Below, in pieces: positions 47,383 through 53,283 of a DNA stretch of 53,283 nt. Numbering within the stretch: position 1 is the stretch's first letter; the number at the start of each line of letters is the position of its first letter. The stretch is from positions 1 to 53,283 of the IMG/VR virus record IMGVR_UViG_3300032053_000104. One strand, written 5' to 3'. Origin of the DNA: a virus. Its lineage: Duplodnaviria; Caudoviricetes. The notes below the pieces were generated by a model. The model was not told where the DNA came from. It searched no databases and worked only from the letters and a program-made list of their open reading frames with translations. The position numbers and the translations under genes are program-made.

Positions 47383-48852
47383 ATGTCTGATACGACGATT
47401 TACAATGAAGCAATTCTTGAAGCAAAAAAGCTTCGTGCAGTCGCAGAAGCGAATGCTACAAAAGTTATTATAGAGTCAGTGACGCCGCGCGTTCGTGAGA
47501 TGATCGAAAGACAGCTCTTGGGCGAAGCGATAGAAGATGACGATTCTGATATTTTGGATAATGTCATTAATGATGTTGCTGCTTGCGATACTAAAAAAGT
47601 ATCATCGCTTGCAGAAGCTGAAGACACTGATGAAGATGATAAATCTGATGAAGATCTTCTTTTAAGTACAGAATCTGCAAAAATATTTGCAAGATTTGAG
47701 ACACTTCAAAAACGTGTTTCATATATAAGAGAATTGTCAGAATCATCAAAGGGTACTAGGCTAAAAAAGACATTTTTTAGAATGGTTGATAAAATGATTA
47801 CTGAAGCAAAAACTTTAGAAAGTGATATGATACGTATAACGGGTAAGGAACTGAACGAAGGTTCCCAAAATTTTTCGAACGATATTAAAAGCATACTCGA
47901 GGAGATTACAGCGATGGCTTCCAAAAAGAGAATCAATGAAGAAGAAGAGATGGTTGACGTCGATCTTGGTGACGACTCTTCTGAAGATATGGGTGAAGAT
48001 ATGGACATGGACGTCGATCTTGGTGATGACGGTGGCGAAGAACCGCAAGAAGATGTGACATTGTCAGCTGATCTTGCACAAGAACTTCTAACTGCACTTG
48101 AATCTGAGCTTGGCGAAGAAGAAAGTGAAGAAGGCGCAGAAGCGCTCGGCGATTTTGATGTATCAGACAATGAAGGCGCCGAAGAAGGCGAAGAGATGAT
48201 TGAAATTGATGAATCAATGCTACGTCGTGAAATTGCTCGTATGAGAGGAAATTCACTTGATGAAGCGGGAAAGAAAATGGCAGCTAAGACGCCCAAAGCT
48301 CCTGTCGCAGGAAAGAAGGGCGGCGCAGCAGATACCAAGGCTACCAGCAGTTTCGGTGGTGGCAAAGTTTTGAGAGAGCCTTTTGTTGATAGCAATGATA
48401 GCGATATCAATGTTTTTGCAGAAGTTCGCATGCTCAAGACAGCACTTCAAAAAGAGGGCCGCAAGAATCGTGCTCTTCGTGAAAGACTTGAAGAATACAG
48501 AAAGGCAACTTCTAATCTTCAAGAGCAACTCGAACAGTTGAACCTGTTCAATGCTAAACTGCTCTACGTGAATAAGCTTGTGTCGAATGAGGGTGTTACG
48601 GCTCGTCAGAAGAAGACGATCATCGAAGCACTCGACAAGGCCAAGACTTTGAGAGAAGTGAAGCTCTTGTACAAGACACTTACGGAATCACTTTCAAAAG
48701 TGAAGTCACGTGGGTCAGTTAACGAGTCAGTTCATCGCTCAGCATCTAGCTCACGCCCAACGGCATCTGCTAGCTCTTCAGCGACAAGTTCAGAGTCTTA
48801 CCAGACAGATCGTTGGGCTACGCTCGCCGGTTTTGGTAAGGACACGAAGTAA
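47383..48852 (+). CDS. Prohead scaffolding protein (gp22-like)
   Basis: Acidic linker and coiled coil immediately before MCP; 'EAILEAKKLRAVAEANA', 'LNLFNAKLLYVNKL', C-terminal 'DRWATLAGF'; start ATG 47383. Confidence 0.8.
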   Translation: MSDTTIYNEAILEAKKLRAVAEANATKVIIESVTPRVREMIERQLLGEAIEDDDSDILDNVINDVAACDTKKVSSLAEAEDTDEDDKSDEDLLLSTESAKIFARFETLQKRVSYIRELSESSKGTRLKKTFFRMVDKMITEAKTLESDMIRITGKELNEGSQNFSNDIKSILEEITAMASKKRINEEEEMVDVDLGDDSSEDMGEDMDMDVDLGDDGGEEPQEDVTLSADLAQELLTALESELGEEESEEGAEALGDFDVSDNEGAEEGEEMIEIDESMLRREIARMRGNSLDEAGKKMAAKTPKAPVAGKKGGAADTKATSSFGGGKVLREPFVDSNDSDINVFAEVRMLKTALQKEGRKNRALRERLEEYRKATSNLQEQLEQLNLFNAKLLYVNKLVSNEGVTARQKKTIIEALDKAKTLREVKLLYKTLTESLSKVKSRGSVNESVHRSASSSRPTASASSSATSSESYQTDRWATLAGFGKDTK

Positions 48853-48890
48853 TATCAAAATAAATTAAACGATTCTTAGGAGAATTTCAA

Positions 48891-50816
48891 ATGAGTAACA
48901 AGTTTACACTTGAGCAGTTAACAGAAGGAATACGTTCGCGCAATCTAAGCTCGGACGGTAAGGTCCTTGTCGAAAAGTGGAGCCGCACAGGCTTGCTCCG
49001 CGGTCTTACAGACCAGAAGCGTGAGATTATGTCACGCCTTCTTGAAAACCAGGCAGCACAGCTTCTTCGTGAAACGAGCACGCTGTCAACAGGCGCAGGT
49101 GGTCTTTCAGACTCCGGCGACATGCGTGGTTTCTCAAACGTTGCATTCCCAATTGTTCGTCGTGTATTCGGCGGATTGGTTGCGAATGAACTCGTATCAA
49201 TTCAGCCAATGAGCCTTCCTTCAGGTCTGCTCTTCTATCTGGATTACACGTACGGTTCAAACGTCGGTGGTGACTCAGTCCTCGGAACAGGCGCGGCTGG
49301 CGCAGTTGCAGCTTCACCTTATACAGCCGGACAATCAATTTACAACTCACCAACTGGCAAGGGCATTCGCTCTGGTTCATTGGGCGTTGGTGGTAACTAC
49401 GATCTCGTCGGTTCATCATACTCAAAGGTGCACAAGGCTACAACATCAGCTGAGCTCTGCTTGCATGCGTCAGGCGCATGGGGCGTTAGTTCAACACTAA
49501 CAGGCGGCGCATTTGCTCATGCAACTGGTACAGACGGTCGTATGATGATGTTCGATCCTACAGTTGGTACGCTAATTGAAGAAGATATTCTTAACAACGC
49601 GTACGACGGTACAGGCAGATGGCAGTTCCTTATATTTAATGCAAATCAGCTCCCAACAGCATTTGACCTCACGAACGTGAAGGCATTCTCGTTGTTCTCA
49701 GCTAATACAACAACTGCAGGTTTGGGAGTAATTCCTCAAACAATTCAGGGTGGTTCTAACCTCCTCAACGTGAGACGTCTAAATCAGCTTGGTGTTTACT
49801 CACAAGGCGTATTTACACCTAACTCACTTGTTGATCCTGCATCAACTGGCGCGGCGCTTCTTGTCGTCGTATCAGGTGCTTATGCTCCGCCTAAGCCTGG
49901 TATCACATCAGCGGCAACTGGTCTAACTGGTTCATACGCGATTGCAGCATCACTCGATACAGATGCTGATGGTTCAACCTTGACGATTCCTAGCTTTGAG
50001 TCTGACTTCGGTACGACTCCTTCACCGGGCATCCCAGAGATTGATATCAAGATTGAGAGCATTGCAGTTACTGCAACGACTCGCAAGTTGCGCGCCAAGT
50101 GGTCACCAGAACTCGCGCAAGATTTGAATGCATTCCACAGCATGGACGCTGAAGTAGAACTTACTCAGATCCTTTCTGAGCAGATTGCACTTGAAATCGA
50201 CCGTGAAATCCTCGGCGATCTTCTTACAGAAGCACGTGGCGCAAACTTCTACTGGTCACGCGCACCTGGTAAGTTCGTTAACAAGGAAACGGGCACGGTT
50301 CAGAACCTTGCGTCAACCTTGGCAACGGGTCCTCACTTCACGGGTACAGTTCGTGAATGGTACGAAACGCTTACCGAAACGATCATCGATGTTGCAAACT
50401 CGATTCACCGCAAGACCCTCCGCGGCTCAGCAAACTTCATCGTAACTTCTCCAGAAGTTTGCACGATGTTTGAGAACTCAGTCCTCTACAAGGGCAACCT
50501 TACAATCGATGGCAACGGACAGGTCAGCACACCGTTCAGCATTGGTGCAGAAGCAGTTGGTACACTTACCAATCGTTTCACGGTTTACAAGGATCCTTAC
50601 TTCCCAAGAAATAAGATCCTCGTTGGTTACAAGGGCGGAAGCTACCTCGAGACAGGTTACGTCTATGCTCCTTACGTACCACTTATCGTTACACCGACCT
50701 TGTTCGATCCAGAGGCATTCACACCTCGTAAGGGCGTTATGACACGCTACGGCAAGAAGATGGTCCGCGCTGACTTCTTCGGTTCCGTCACGGTCATGGA
50801 TATGAACATTATCTAA
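48891..50816 (+). CDS. Major capsid protein (T4 gp23-like)
   Basis: 'LLENQ', 'PIVRRVF', 'VSIQPMSLPSGLLFYLD', 'TRKLRAKWSPELAQDL', 'ALEIDREI', 'GYVYAPYVPL', 'GVMTRYG'; AGGAG RBS. Confidence 0.97.
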   Translation: MSNKFTLEQLTEGIRSRNLSSDGKVLVEKWSRTGLLRGLTDQKREIMSRLLENQAAQLLRETSTLSTGAGGLSDSGDMRGFSNVAFPIVRRVFGGLVANELVSIQPMSLPSGLLFYLDYTYGSNVGGDSVLGTGAAGAVAASPYTAGQSIYNSPTGKGIRSGSLGVGGNYDLVGSSYSKVHKATTSAELCLHASGAWGVSSTLTGGAFAHATGTDGRMMMFDPTVGTLIEEDILNNAYDGTGRWQFLIFNANQLPTAFDLTNVKAFSLFSANTTTAGLGVIPQTIQGGSNLLNVRRLNQLGVYSQGVFTPNSLVDPASTGAALLVVVSGAYAPPKPGITSAATGLTGSYAIAASLDTDADGSTLTIPSFESDFGTTPSPGIPEIDIKIESIAVTATTRKLRAKWSPELAQDLNAFHSMDAEVELTQILSEQIALEIDREILGDLLTEARGANFYWSRAPGKFVNKETGTVQNLASTLATGPHFTGTVREWYETLTETIIDVANSIHRKTLRGSANFIVTSPEVCTMFENSVLYKGNLTIDGNGQVSTPFSIGAEAVGTLTNRFTVYKDPYFPRNKILVGYKGGSYLETGYVYAPYVPLIVTPTLFDPEAFTPRKGVMTRYGKKMVRADFFGSVTVMDMNII

Positions 50817-50843
50817 TCAACGGGAATTAGATAATGACTTAAG

Positions 50844-50868
50844 AGGCGACCTTCGGGTCGCCTTTTTT
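50844..50868 (+). terminator. Rho-independent terminator after MCP
   Basis: AGGCGACC-TTCG-GGTCGCCT perfect stem with C(UUCG)G tetraloop followed by a T run. Confidence 0.92.
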
Positions 50869-50880
50869 GTTCCTCAAAAT

Positions 50881-50908
50881 TTTACTTAGTTTTTGATAAG
50901 ATTATAAT
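50881..50908 (+). promoter_or_regulatory. Candidate sigma70-type promoter (TTTACT-16-TATAAT)
   Basis: Perfect -10 and a T4-early-like -35, directly after the terminator and upstream of ORF 50965. Confidence 0.5.
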
Positions 50909-50964
50909 TAATCTATAACTTTATTGTCAATGATTGATATAAGTAACAGCATGGTTGACTTTTA

Positions 50965-53265
50965 ATGGCATTAACAGTAACGACAGATCTCACAGTACTC
51001 ACACAGGCAGAATCATTCGCGGCACCGCTCGTTTCCTGGGGCGCGGGTGGCGCAGGCGCTGCTGCAACTGAGACTGACTATTTCGCACAAAACACAGCTT
51101 GCATCTCGCGTGGTGTCACAGGCACAACAATCAAGGGTGTGACATACGACAACACGACTGGTCTCAATTTTACGACTACACACAACGGTAAGCTGGTTTA
51201 CATGTGGTTGCGAAATTCAACACCTGGTCTTTGTGACACAAGAGCAAACGGCGGCGTTCGTGTCGTTCTTGCTTCGGGGGCAACAACACCAGGTGACGCT
51301 GCTGGTGTATGGAGTGCGTGGTACGTAGATGGCTCAGACACGATTGCTTCAACAGACGGCTGGAAATGTTATGTTGTTGATCCCAACTCGACACCGTCAA
51401 CAACTCTTGGCGGCGGCGTTGACAAGACAGCGATAAGGTGGTTCTCGGGTGTCATGAAACCTGTAGCAACAGCCAAAGGTCAAAATTTCGGTTTTGATCA
51501 AGTTGCGTATGGTTTTGGAACAATCAATGTAAGAGGCTCTCCGACAGTCACCGGAGCAGGATTCAAAGAGATCGCCGCAGCAGATTTCGGTACCATAGCA
51601 AATCGTTATGGAATTGTAACAGTTAAAGAGGGTATTATATACGTTCAAGGTAGAATTGCTCTCGGTGATGGTGTTTCTACAAACTCAACAGATTTTACTT
51701 CATCTGACGAGATTGTTGTCTGGAATCATCCAACTTACTATGATGGTACGAGAGAAACACCCTGCATAAAAGATGCAAGACCAGACGGTACGCCTTATTT
51801 TGGTATCGTTAGGACTGGTAATGCTACGGCAAACTCAAATGTTACTTTTGGAACGAAAGTAGGAACGGGAGATACAGCATCGGGCCGTTCAGGTGGCACA
51901 TTTGTCGGTTCAAGAATAAGAACGGGATTCATCGGTGTCTCAGGATCTGTCAAGTCTACATCACTTCTAAAAGTGTATGGCACACAATTTTCTAACTTTA
52001 ACGCAGGATTTGATCTAACACCTGGAATCGTTGGCGATGAGTGGATGGGTGGATCAATAGCACGATGTGGAACGATGCGTCCAGGTGTGACGAAGATCAG
52101 AAACACGAGTTTCATCGATAATCTCGGTGGCGCGTACAAGTTTTTCGAAGATTTCAAAAACGACGCTGTGGGTAACGAAGCATTAGCGACTGCTGATCCA
52201 AGAATTGACTGGGCAAATGCTGTTGGCGGAACGCAGGTAGTTGTGCCAGGAGGATCATCTTTTGCAAGACTTGATTCTGCAGCAGCAACGCGAAATGTCG
52301 TAAAAATAAACAGCGACTCCGTTGGTAGTGATGATCACTATGCAGAAGCTGTTATCAATTTTCCATCTGGTTCGAATCAGGGAATTATGGGTGTGTTTTG
52401 CAGAGCATCGACAACGCTAGCAACTGAAAATTACTGGTTCTTACAACTCGATAGACCAAATAACCAAATGAGCCTGGTGCGATGTGATGCAGGTGTCGAC
52501 ACAACAGTACACGGCCCACTTACACTTACTATGTCTGCTGACACAGACTATTTAGTTCATATTAGAGGTTCGGGTACAATATTAGAAGCGCATGCTGGCG
52601 GGGTAAAGGCTTTTGCAACTTCGTCAACATATCAGACAAATAGATGGGTTGGTGTGAGAGGAACGACAAATGCTTCTCAGACGGCATCTGCTGAACCAAA
52701 GTTTCTAAGATTTGGTTGCGGTCCGATTACAGATAACTATGGCGCTGTTAAGATGACACACTTGACAGCATCAGATATTGTCAACTGTTCGTTCATCAAT
52801 AATAACAGAGCAATAGACATAACTTCTGCATCACTTTCATACAATTTTGATGGTTACAAGTTTTCTGGTAACTCGATAGGGTTGAGAAACTCATCGGGCG
52901 GCGCCGTTGTAATCGGTGCTACGCTCGATTCTCCAGAGACTGCAAGGGAAATAATTAATGCAGGCTCTATAACAGTTAATAATAGCGTCAACTTAACTGT
53001 TACTTGTAGAAATTCTGCTGGCACGGCGCTAGAAGGGATAAGAGTGAGAATACAAAAAACATCTGACAATTCATTAATTGCCGAAGGAACAACGAGCGTT
53101 GCTGGCACGCTCACTTCTGCATACAATTACACAGGAGATCTTGGTGTCAAAGTTATTGCTAGACTCAAGGGATTCAAAAACAATGCAGCAACAGATACTA
53201 TCGTGAACACTGGCCTAAGTGTTCCTTTCACGATGCTAAGAGACGATGCAGTAAGCATGCCATAG
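50965..53265 (+). CDS. Large fibre/spike-like or head-associated accessory protein
   Basis: T/G/A-rich; beta-helix-like stretches ('IVNCSFINNNRAIDI'), a lectin-like insert, C-terminal Ig-like domain ('VNLTVTCRNSAGTALEGIRVRI'). Confidence 0.55.
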   Translation: MALTVTTDLTVLTQAESFAAPLVSWGAGGAGAAATETDYFAQNTACISRGVTGTTIKGVTYDNTTGLNFTTTHNGKLVYMWLRNSTPGLCDTRANGGVRVVLASGATTPGDAAGVWSAWYVDGSDTIASTDGWKCYVVDPNSTPSTTLGGGVDKTAIRWFSGVMKPVATAKGQNFGFDQVAYGFGTINVRGSPTVTGAGFKEIAAADFGTIANRYGIVTVKEGIIYVQGRIALGDGVSTNSTDFTSSDEIVVWNHPTYYDGTRETPCIKDARPDGTPYFGIVRTGNATANSNVTFGTKVGTGDTASGRSGGTFVGSRIRTGFIGVSGSVKSTSLLKVYGTQFSNFNAGFDLTPGIVGDEWMGGSIARCGTMRPGVTKIRNTSFIDNLGGAYKFFEDFKNDAVGNEALATADPRIDWANAVGGTQVVVPGGSSFARLDSAAATRNVVKINSDSVGSDDHYAEAVINFPSGSNQGIMGVFCRASTTLATENYWFLQLDRPNNQMSLVRCDAGVDTTVHGPLTLTMSADTDYLVHIRGSGTILEAHAGGVKAFATSSTYQTNRWVGVRGTTNASQTASAEPKFLRFGCGPITDNYGAVKMTHLTASDIVNCSFINNNRAIDITSASLSYNFDGYKFSGNSIGLRNSSGGAVVIGATLDSPETAREIINAGSITVNNSVNLTVTCRNSAGTALEGIRVRIQKTSDNSLIAEGTTSVAGTLTSAYNYTGDLGVKVIARLKGFKNNAATDTIVNTGLSVPFTMLRDDAVSMP

Positions 53266-53283
53266 ATACATCAAAATGTAATT

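Noticed and set aside
50920-50945. Imperfect palindrome TGTCAAT-G-ATTGATA as an operator
   Set aside because: Short, mismatched, AT-rich and not seen repeated elsewhere.
1-53283. Alternative genetic code (TAG/TGA reassignment) as in some large phages
   Set aside because: Conserved genes are full-length in the standard code, and TAA, TAG and TGA all terminate genes at sensible boundaries.
1-53283. Minus-strand and nested short ORFs in the track (e.g. 47706..48437, 42417..42926, 19734..20267)
   Set aside because: All overlap well-supported + strand genes, are low-complexity antisense shadows and show no motifs.
1-53283. CRISPR array, tRNA or diversity-generating retroelement
   Set aside because: No spaced direct repeats, cloverleaf, reverse transcriptase or template/variable repeat pair was seen; intergenic gaps are at most ~150 nt. 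Visual inspection could miss a diverged repeat.

Overview
A 53 kb fragment of a large T4-like (gp17/gp20/gp21/gp23-type) contractile-tail phage. Essentially all credible genes are on the + strand, tightly packed, in the standard genetic code and often preceded by Shine-Dalgarno sites. Order: putative late sigma factor; baseplate/fibre module (spike, fibre plus chaperone, gp25, gp6, large LamG/FN3/Gly-rich proteins, ~1.2-32.2 kb); RuvC-like resolvase, primase and an Mre11/Rad50 (gp47/gp46) locus (32.2-37.4 kb); then terminase, intein-containing portal, prohead protease, small head proteins, a ribosomal protein bS21 homologue, scaffold, major capsid protein and terminator; finally a separately promoted fibre-like gene. 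Most notable: (1) an Mre11-Rad50 fusion gene fractured inside the nuclease domain by an endonuclease remnant, with no intein; (2) a recurrent [S/T]-G-[S/T] motif in predicted outer virion proteins, a possible modification sequon; (3) a divergent phage bS21 in the head operon; (4) a Gln-terminated HNH intein in the portal; (5) three C-terminal endonuclease relics. All calls come from motif recognition by eye; no database searches were run.
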